A stretch of DNA of 64,000 nt from Penicillus capitatus (taxonomy: Eukaryota > Plantae > Chlorophyta): the NCBI GenBank assembly GCA_965649825.1, contig OZ287708.1:515411-579410 (forward strand), read 5' to 3'. The position numbers were made by a program, and so were the translations under genes. Positions 26,948-36,619 of the stretch are shown here, piece after piece. The notes beneath the pieces were generated by a model that was not told the origin of the DNA, did not search any database, and saw only the letters and a list, made by a program, of their open reading frames with translations. How positions within the stretch are numbered: position 1 is the first letter of the stretch; each line of letters begins with the position of its first letter.

Positions 26948-27803
26948 TTAAAAAAGCTTCCTCTTGCCGGAAAAGAAATCTTTGACGTTGTCTATGATGC
27001 CGCCGCTCTCCACTTCCTCCTTTGGAGGCAACAACTGTACATCTTCAGCGACATACCACTCATCTGGCTTCTCCTTGTCTCGGATTTTGAAGCCAAACTC
27101 GAGGACCTTGGCGTGCTTCAACGTACGGATGTTCTGCCGAACGGAGGCCTCGACTTTCCGGATATCTTTATAGAAAGCCTGGCCGATGTTCTTGATCAAG
27201 GTCTCTCCATAGAGATTCTTGCCCCACTTTGTCCCTTGAGCTTTTGCCAAGGCATTGGCACTCCATCCACCCTTCATGACGGTGTAGGGGACCCATCTAG
27301 GCAGCTGCAGATTCGACATCACTGTATGTGGATGGGAAAGGAAATGGGTTTACAGCCTGTGATCGGACAAATATGACAAACTCTTCATTCTTGGGATCCA
27401 CTGGCAGGTCTGGTACGTTCTACAGTCCACATCATGCGGCAAGGATGAGTGAGGGTGAACAGGAAAGGGAGAAACACAACTGGTTGTGTATTCTGTCTCC
27501 GTGTCATTGCATTATCCAAGCTTCGTCGCAACAGACGTTGGCCCTTCTTCTTGTACGCTTCGACGAGCTGTCCGTGCATCAGAGAAGGTCGCATTCAATA
27601 AGGTCGGATATATCACAGAGGATGTTCAGACCAATGCGCTACGCCGTGGACGTGTCGCATGGCTGTGCGAAGAACGTGTCAAAGATCGACCGCTTAAGAA
27701 AGTGTTGCTGTCCGCCGGCAGTCTGCTAAGAGAAGAGATCTGGAGATATGGACTGTGAGTCGGATGTCTACCGAAACGACCGTGGTTGCGAGGCACACTG
27801 CAT
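26948..27803 (-). CDS. HHL1: HHL1-like thylakoid protein
   Basis: DLPVDPKNEEFVIFVRS..LPRWVPYTVMKGG..YGETLIKNIGQAFYKD..EFGFKIRDK; reconstructed transit-peptide exons. Confidence 0.75.
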
Positions 27804-27897
27804 CGTCAGGATTCAGCTCACTTAGATGCAAGAATGTAAAATAGCCAAGATTGAAATGCAGCTGTTTTGAATTGGATGACGTCATCCATCATACATG

Positions 27898-30005
27898 TCA
27901 GAGTTTGAGATTCTCGGCAAGAGAATCGGCCACTTTCCCAGCCCTTTTCGTTTGCCTCTGTCGGGCTCGTCTCTTTGATTTCTTGCTCTGCTTCTTACCT
28001 ATAGGCTTGACGGAATTGACACCCAACGCATTTACTGGTTCTCTCGTTTTCCTATCCAACACATGGCTGCTCTCCGGCAAGAAGAGGAACGTTTGATAAG
28101 AACTTGTATTTGTTATGTCCCTTAGCATGAAGGACGCGGACATGCAAATCGCCTGCTCACACGTGAAATTCAAGAAGGATTGCTTATTAAGGAAGCCATG
28201 CCTTGTGTGTCAGATGCAGCAGGGGAGGGATCTGTTGGAGGGGCATTGCTGAGACGCATGTCTGTTATGGCACGTTCAGTTTCGTTGATCTGTTCCTTCA
28301 TCTTGTGCACTTCAGCCATCCGACTGAATGCCTCCAATGCACCAGGAATGACAGTGGATGACGGCGGAGATCCCGAAGATGCAGGTGTGTGTGGTAGTTC
28401 CTCAATGGAGTCATCGACGATGGGATCATTCACACCCTCCAAAGAAAACTCTGCTGCCCAATTCTGTACAACCTGTACATCTGAAGCCGTTTGCTGCACC
28501 GGAGGCGTTTTGTAGAAGGGAATCTTGCCGTTGTTCCAATCCTGTACACACGAGAGTAAGTTCCATTCAACCATCAGATGAGATGGATCATGTTGTGCTA
28601 TCTATCACCTGGACAACGATTCTGGCAGCAGCCTCCGTATCTGGAATGCCGCCCTTTTTCAATTTTCCCATTTTGGCTGCAATGCATTGCAGAAAGGATG
28701 GCGCATTGTCAAAGTCTTCGATGCCATATACAGATTTCAGAGTCGATAACTCAACTTCGTTGCATATGGCTTCGACGAGACCGATCGGATCGGCGATTGC
28801 CTCTGTCGACACCACCCCCTGCAGAGTGCCATGTTTCCTCTCATAGATCACTCCAGGACTATCAAGCAGTCGTATTTGACTGTCGAGTTGCACTTCCTGA
28901 ATCGCCTTCGTTACACCTACGCACACATTCACCATACCTCTCATCTGTTATCGAGATGAACCGGGCCGGTTGCCGACGAGTGTCGCCTTTGATCGCTTCA
29001 GGCTGTTGATGACAGAACTCTTTCCCACATTGGGCACGCCTACCAGTCCGACAGTAATAGCCGATCGAATGTTTGCATGTCGTGTGTAGTTTTTTAGCAG
29101 CTGGATGAGATTGTCAGCTCCCAGACACACACTGCTTTTGCTCTCCATCGTTCTGTTGCGACTCTGTCCCAGATTTGCATTCTGTCTCTGAGTCGAACAT
29201 TTGAAAGCAATGGTCGGGGCGGACTGACGCAGAACCTTCAGCCAAGACTCCACGACATCTCTGGGGACCAAATCTATCAATGCACAAGATTCACGGCAGG
29301 GTTTGAGAATGATAGGAGTCGACCGATTTTGTTTAAGATAAAGACAAGTCGCTTCGGTGGTGTAAACTGATGCACAAAGGCCTCGACCTCAGACGAACGA
29401 CATCCATTTGGATCGCGTGCATCCAACACCTGCAGCACGACGTCCGCCAGTGAAACCACTTTTCTGAAATCTCTGTAGTGCTCGCGACCACCCACTGGAA
29501 CATCTCACATGACTAGGACACGACATTGCCTTTGGCTTAACAAACCGTCTGGTATGGCTGCTGTCTTTTCTTCTTCTTGGATTTCGGACACCGTTTCGTG
29601 ATCGGCTGCTCGTTTCTGAACTGCTTCGGCCAATGCCTCCATGTCATCGATCGCCATCTCTTCGTCCTTTCCCGCGGACATGTCACGTTCAGACACTTCC
29701 TCTCTTGGAGATGCTTGCGTTCCGTGGGCCTTGTTCTTCTCCTGTGCTTTCTTTTGATTTTTCTCAGCCAAGATACGATCTTTCTCAAACGCCATTTCCT
29801 TGATAAAGTCCTCTCGGAAGGGCCATGATGCGGGGACGCCTGGATCTTTGAGTGACGGAGTGGTGCCGAGAGCTTTTCTCTGTTTGGCCTTCAATCTTTC
29901 CTCCCTTCTCTGTTTTCGATGGTGTGCCTTCACTTTTTGAGCGATCTTATGCTTCTTCCGAATCGACGTCCGTTTGGATTTGGATTTGCTGCTGCGTTTC
30001 ACCAT
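27898..30005 (-). CDS. GNL3: nucleostemin-like circularly permuted GTPase
   Basis: MVKRSSKSKSKR..KDPGVPASWPF; DARDP, NKID, GVPNVGKSS, DSPG motifs. Confidence 0.93.
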
Positions 30006-30047
30006 GGTGCTCAAAATGGCCGCCGAAATGACACCATTGTGCTCATC

Positions 30048-31043
30048 ATGGAGTCTGAGAATCTCCACGCGACAGTCGCGAAATTGAGAGACCGCCAGGC
30101 GGAGCTCGCCGCGCGTCCAAGCGACCTCAAGAAGAAACATCAGTCCAAGAAACAGAAAACGCGCGATGAAGCTGGTTCGAAACTGTCTCCTGCTTCGAGG
30201 AAACGCGATGAATCGAAAGTCGAACGCGAAACGACGAAAGCAAAACTCCTCGCAACCCGCAAACAGCGCGGCGCAGCAGGGTTCGCACCAAAGAGTCGAA
30301 AATATACAGACCACTTAAACAAGCGCCTCAAAGATGTTATCTCCTGTCTCTTGGACAAACGTCATGATATGACAAAGGCTGAAATCTGTGCCTATCTGGA
30401 GGCCAAAAGAAAGGAAAAGAACAAAACAGATATGGGCAACGAAAAACACATAGATGAGGCTGATACAGAACTCTGGTCTGCCGTTTCAAATAATACAAAA
30501 ATTGAAGTGGTCTCGGGAGGCTGGCGATTCCGTTACCGGCCACAACATCATCACATCACTGATAAGGAGAAACTGTTGATGCATGTACGTAGACAGACGC
30601 AAGGAACGCCTTGGAAAGACATCTCAGATACGTACAAAGAAGTGGAAGCCGATCTCGAGGCTTTGGTCAAAGACAAGAAGATCTTTGTGATCGAGAATCC
30701 TGACATGGAAGATCGAGTGATCTTTTGGAACGATCCCACGCAAGGCCTTTTCAAAGAATGGGGTGGGAAACATGAGTGTGTGTGCAGTGTGGAAGGTGTG
30801 GATTTGAGTGAGCAGATGTTGGAGTTGTGGAGATTGACGCAACCTCCATCGGAAAATCGTATATACGAGGAGCTGATCAAGAAATCGGGCATCGTACCTG
30901 CACCGCGAAAAGAGGTTCGAAAACGCGAACCTGTGCAGAAGGTGCCAAGAGAGAGGAAGCCAAGAGACTTCAAACACAGGAAGATTACAAATGTGCATCT
31001 GCCAGAGCTGCTGGCCGCTCACCAGCCAGAGCAAATAGATTGA
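30048..31043 (+). CDS. transcription factor IIE beta subunit
   Basis: Basic N-terminus; winged-helix-like region RLKDVISCLL..RYRPQHHHITDKEKLL; LIKKSGIVP..KITNVHL C-terminus. Confidence 0.75.
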   Translation: MESENLHATVAKLRDRQAELAARPSDLKKKHQSKKQKTRDEAGSKLSPASRKRDESKVERETTKAKLLATRKQRGAAGFAPKSRKYTDHLNKRLKDVISCLLDKRHDMTKAEICAYLEAKRKEKNKTDMGNEKHIDEADTELWSAVSNNTKIEVVSGGWRFRYRPQHHHITDKEKLLMHVRRQTQGTPWKDISDTYKEVEADLEALVKDKKIFVIENPDMEDRVIFWNDPTQGLFKEWGGKHECVCSVEGVDLSEQMLELWRLTQPPSENRIYEELIKKSGIVPAPRKEVRKREPVQKVPRERKPRDFKHRKITNVHLPELLAAHQPEQID

Positions 31044-31481
31044 GCTTCAGCACGTGTAATAAGTACTGCACCTACGCCAAGTATCAAGACTGATAAATTT
31101 GCTAATGCGTTGCAGCACTGTTTTCAGAAATGTGGCTAGTGATATCAGAAGAGCCCAGAAGCCCGTTTTTGAAAAGCTGTCAAACGTTTCGTGCTCTGAG
31201 CATATGGCCAGAGCAGTGATTCATTGTGTCGATCGTCTCACATTAAAATGCCGTATAGATTGCGTCATTTTCTTGGCTTTTTCGAACCACACGAATCCGA
31301 TCATGACATTTCGGTGTGAAAACCCGAAATCGATCGGTTCGATCGGATCGAACAAAGTGATGCCGTCGACGTGAGCATCGATCGGAATATAGCGTCATCT
31401 CGAACGATGAGATGATATCTTCGGTTTAGCAACATTCGTATTCATGTCGCCAAGCGATAGGCGACTGTTACGAATCTCGAC

Positions 31482-33135
31482 ATGATCGGTTTGAATCGAT
31501 TGCCGTCGAGACGGGGCTTTTTGCGACAGAAACGCTCAGTTCGCGGGCGGGCGCGGCATCGCTTCCTATACTTACTGTTTGCTGTCTCAAAATCTCATCT
31601 CCGAATTCGGCAGAGATGTCTCCGCTCACACTTCGGAAAGTTCTCACGCTTTACAGCGAAAACGCCACGATACTGGAAAGCGATCGCTTTCGATGACGAC
31701 GATTATTTCGAATCCGAGAAGGATCGAATTCTGAGACCACCCGTCTCTGTCGAAAACGATTCTAGTAATAATAGACCGACTTCTGCGGACAATAAGACTT
31801 CTGATGACGCATCGACTGTCAAGTGGGTCGGACATTAGGAATTCCGTTTCCCTTGTGTTGGGAGGGATACCGATCGTTGTGTTCAAATAGATCGTCGAGT
31901 ACTGAGACGATCGATGATGACAAGCTGTCTGGAGATGGTGTGTTGTATGACTTCCTCTACGAACTCGATCGAGGCATGCCAAAAGTGCGCCGATGATCCC
32001 AAATTCCGGAATCTGAAGGTCTGTTTTACAAGAGCTGGTATTATAAAGCGTTGTGGCTTTGGGAACGGCCGGTCATGAAACTGGGACGCCTGACGGTATT
32101 CTTTGCCCAGCTTCCCGTTGTTTTTACCTTTCTCACGTCCAAGATCGGCTTTCTCGTTGGTCAAGTAGTCATCATCATCTTAGCAGAAGTGTGACATATA
32201 TCACACAACATTGTGCAGATCACTCTGCCGATGTTGCCGCCTCTTCTACTGGGTGCAGGAATTCTGTTGAGGAGCATTTGGGTCAATGCTGGACATCTGT
32301 TCCCTCGAGTTTGCCTCACAATGTTGCTGTTTTGGGGCATCTGGTTTCTGAATTCTTTGATTTTCCGAACCATTAGTCATCTCACCAAACAGGGCACCGT
32401 TAGCAGATCGACAGCGCACCACATCATGAACTGGACTGAAGGACTCACGCTAGTCACCGCAGGATTGGTGATGCTCAGCCTTTTTGGCGTCAACATTTCA
32501 GGCCTTCTCTTACCTGCTGGGATCTGCCTGGCATTAGCTGCAAAAGATCTTGCACACAACTTCCTAGCAGGTGCGCATGACACATGGTTCAAATCTAGTC
32601 GTCTATCGACCATTGTTTAGGACTTGTGCTGTTTTTGGCCCAGCCGTTTCGAGTTGGCGATTCAGTCTCCGTTCGGCCGACAATTGAGAAGAGAGGACCG
32701 CAGTGGTATGAAGGCATATGTGAACGCATTGATTTAAGGTCTGCGATTGTTGCCTCTAACGACTGTGTGTATCAACAGAATGTATGTATCAGATACACCA
32801 TTCTGAGGAAAGGTCGATACAAATTGCACGTTCCCAACGCGTCGTTTATTACCAGAGAATTCTTGGTCATGGACCGAAGTCGAGAACATAGAGAAGAAAA
32901 AGACAATCCTTTGATCCGGAAAGAGGAGGATAGCATCCAATGTCCTGGTTCGCCGGGCAGGTATCAATGTCTAGTCGATTACAGTGTGGTTAACTAAAAG
33001 GATTGTATTTTGAGGAATGCGAACACCGAGGCGCAAACAAATGGTACCTCTTTAGATTTAGAAGACATGCCTTCTGCTGCAGACTACCCATCGAACGAAT
33101 TGTACATTGAAGAAACTGATTCCGGAGCCGATTGA
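31482..33135 (+). CDS. MscS-like small mechanosensitive channel with transit-like N-terminus
   Basis: TM helices, LAAKDLAHNFLAG|LVLFLAQPFRVGD, YEGICERIDLR|YT, VPNASFIT; exons spliced by hand. Confidence 0.85.
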
Positions 33136-33635
33136 AGCTCTTCCTAAGACCATCGTTTTGACAAATCGTTTCGGGAAAACGCTGTCGACCGATCGACCAG
33201 CCGATCGACTCTTCGATCGAACGAACCAGCCGCCAAGTGGTCGATCAATAAGCCGATTGTTAAATCTCTTCGATTGATTGATCGGCTTTTCGACCGACTC
33301 TTCGGTCATTCGACCGATCGACTTTTTAACTATTCGATCTCTTTGATCGACCAATGAATCAATCGACCTACCTCTGCGATGTATCGTCTTATGTTTCGAC
33401 TTTCTCGATCACCGATAAAGCTATCGATCTCTACAATCAACTGTACGACGACTGTTCGACCTTTTTTATGATCGATCGAGCTTTCTGACCGACTGACAGA
33501 ATTTTCGATTCGTCGGTCGATTGAATCCGAGATATTTCTTCGTGTTCTCACAAAAAGTTTGTTCCAAAGTTATAGAGAAAGATGTAAACAGATTGATAAC
33601 CGGTTGACAGCCACGACGGCCTAAAAACACACAAC

Positions 33636-33818
33636 GGCCTCAGTTTCTTCGTAAACCCCGTTCTGTAAGCAGGTTGCATCCCCGCCGGTCACATTGCTAA
33701 AGCTATGGACATGAAATAAAGCACTCTCGGCCGAGCCGAAACTCGTTTCAGTCCCGGGGATTTTCCTCGGATGCCGACGCAAGCGACAACACCCGTAGTG
33801 ACCGAGAAACTGAGCCTA
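33636..33818 (-). ncRNA. RNase MRP RNA, ~180 nt
   Basis: Minus strand: P1 GGCUCAGUUUCU/AGAAACUGAGGCC; P2 CGGUCAC/GUGACCG; P3 hairpin; CR-I AGGAAAAUCCCCGGG; GAGAG loop; AUAG; P19; CR-V ACAGAACGGGGUUUAC; TTTTT terminator at 33623-33627. Confidence 0.88.
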
Positions 33819-33909
33819 CCTCGATGCAACGCTTTTGAGAGACTTCCATTCGGCGGCGTATCGAAAACGAACAAACACACAAACCATTAATCAATGGTAA
33901 CATCATCGT

Positions 33910-34423
33910 TCATTCACTCGGTCTCTGGCCACAGCGTGGAAGATGGATGAAATGCAGCATTTATTGAAGCTCTTACCTTTGTCATCCGTTGTGCTTCGTA
34001 GAATAGATAACTACTCAACCCTCTTACAGCACTGCATACAAACACGCTGTCACATCATGATTCTCTACACAAAAGCCTCACTCTTTCTTCAGTTCTTTAA
34101 TCTGAGAAGAACATCAGTGCATCAGATGATGAGTTGGGACGACGGAATACCTTTTCTGGATCTGCCTCGTCGAGATGCTTCTTAAATTTCAACCTCACTT
34201 GAGCCTTCAACACATTCGTATTGCCATTCTAGAAGCAAGATCCTTCACACCTCCACCCAGAAAAATGTAACAGACGACTGACTCTGGCTCCGAGATGTCG
34301 AGCGAGTCGGAGAGCATCTCGATAGAGCTACAGACCCATCCATCGATCTCGACAGCAGCGAAACCATCGGCAGTTTACCTTCTTTGTCGAAAACTGCAGA
34401 GCGGCCGGGTTGACATAGCACAT
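33910..34423 (-). CDS. LYR-motif protein, 85 aa, six exons (45/45/78/20/55/15 nt)
   Basis: All GT-AG and frame-consistent: MCYVNPAALQFSTKK|LYRDALRLARHLGAR|NGNTNVLKAQVRLKFKKHLDEADPEK|IKELKKD|AVRGLSSYLFYEAQRMTK|RPSE*. Confidence 0.88.
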
Positions 34424-34472
34424 CTTTGGATAATGCTTGGCGATGAATGGATGAATAGATCTCGTTTGTGCG

Positions 34473-35724
34473 ATGGCGGTGATGAGGTCCCCCGGTGATG
34501 AACCTTCATTCACGCTTGCGGACATCAAGAAAGCCGTTCCTTCACATTGCTTTAAACGATGCGCTCTGCGTTCATTCTCGTACCTTCTCCGTGACGTCGT
34601 CGTCGTGTCTCTCCTCGTCTACGTCAGCACATGGTTTGAGAATCCCGTCATCTCTCCATTCCTTCGCTGGACCCTGCTTTGGCCACTCTATTGGTTCTTC
34701 TGTGGCGCATTTGCAACGGGTATCTGGGTGATCGCCCATGAATGCGGTCATGAGGCGTTTGCGCAGAGTCCAGTACTTAACAACGCTGTCGGCTTCGTGG
34801 CACATTCCATCCTACTCGTGCCGTACTACTCATGGTCTCAATATCATACATCGATGGATACACTTGGATGAGACATATAATGTCATGTAGGAAACACTCT
34901 CATCGGCGTCATCATTCAAACACAGCCAACATTTCTCGTGATGAAGTCTGTGATCGTAAAATGAGATAGCAGACAACTGAATGGTGGCTTGGCGGATGGT
35001 CTAGGTCTTTGTTCCCAAGGTGAAGCCAAGTGTGGTTAATGACTTCGGCCTGAGTCAGCTTACCATTGTAAGAGCACTGCACATTACTTTGACGCTCACA
35101 ATGGGATGGCCTCTCTACTTGGCATTCAACGCCGCTGGGAGGCCCTATCCGAGATGGGCAAATCATTTCAATCCCTACTCTCCCGTTTTCTTGCCAAAAG
35201 AACGCATGGAAGTGCTCATGAGTGATGTGGGACTGGCGATTGTTATGGGAGGATTGTGGTTATTGGGACGGAGCTTTGGGTGGCTATGGCTTATGAAGAC
35301 CTACGGTGTTCCTTACTTGATCGTGAACTTCTGGCTGGTTCTCATCACATATCTGCAGCACACACATCCAGGACTGCCGCATTACACAAACGATGAATGG
35401 AGTTGGCTGAAGGGAGCTTTGTCAACAGTAGACAGAGATTATGGATTCTTGAATGTGGTGTTCCACAATATTACGGATACGCATGTGGCGCACCACCTCT
35501 TCTCAAAAGTGTGATCTGTCATTGCACAATAGAAATCTCACTCTTTGTTGTAGATGCCTCATTATCATGCTAAAGAAGCAACAGCTGCTGTGAAATCAGT
35601 GATAGGAGCTTATTATCAAGAGGATCGAAGAAACATCTTCGTTGCTCTTTGGCAGGATTGGAAATCGTGTCGTTATGTTGCTCCTGATGTGACAGGAGGA
35701 AAAATTCTTTGGTATAGGAATTGA
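34473..35724 (+). CDS. FAD2: omega-6/delta-12 fatty acid desaturase
   Basis: His boxes HECGH, HRRHH, HVAHH; PSFTLADIKKAVPSHCF; TYLQHTHP. Confidence 0.95.
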
Positions 35725-36619
35725 ACAGATGGGACAGCTCTGTGTCTTTCTATTTGACGATCGAGGACAGTCTCTCAACAGAACTGTTCACTTCGTAGAT
35801 TTCGATTTTAGGACTTCTCTTCTTTAGAGAAGACAGAATGGATTCGTTAAACAAGAGAATCCTGTGTAAGTGTGTCAAATCCATCAAACACCTCCATCAG
35901 GTATTCTGTCAACTGTCAAGCAGATCCGTGGTCTAATGCAGTGGCCACAGCTGCTCGATCTGTATTCGAAAAACGGGGTGTACACCGTGAGCATCGTCTG
36001 TTTCTTTCTGTCGTGGATCGGGATGCAAAGATCGATTGACTACAACGACTTGTGGCAATGAGCTGCGTACACGAAACGAAGAGAACGGATACTCCACGGA
36101 AAGTGGATGCGAGCAAACGGGCCTACGGACACTTTGTCCTCTCCAAGGAACAAAGATCCGTCTAAGCTTTGTACTCAGAGATCAGACTTCAAAGCTTTAA
36201 AGATTCTAGATTTCATGTCTCATGCGAGTACCTCTCGTTGACAATCCAATCACATCTTCGAATCGACCTTCATTAAAAAATAAATAGGAATGCATTCAAG
36301 TGAGAATGCAGGAGATCAGTCATGGTCTGTTTTCTTATGGGATCTACATTTCGTCGTCGAGATTGCGATGAGAATCCCCATTAAGAGATTTTCCTCGATT
36401 TGCGAATTTGCTGTCAGAGAGGCTGCCTTTCTGTTTCTAAGCAGGATTATCATCAATAAATGACCGAGAACGATGCCAAGTTTCGTTCTTCGGCATTGCG
36501 TCCACTCAGAGAGACTCAGACAGAAATAGGATTGAACAAAGAGCACGCGGCACGTATCTGAGGCCAATGCGTGGATTGCATTTCTTCATTTGACCTGACG
36601 GGCATAGCACACCTAAACG

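Noticed and set aside
33645-33830. TAAACCC plus crossing stems (GTTGCATC/GATGCAAC) suggesting telomerase RNA
   Set aside because: TAAACCCC is the reverse complement of MRP CR-V; CR-I, CR-V, P1 and P2 fit MRP far better; the 8-bp pairing involves sequence outside P1
34295-34470. N-terminal extension of FAD2 from ATG 34295
   Set aside because: No frame-consistent splice to the FAD2 frame; the region is explained by minus-strand LYR exons 1-2
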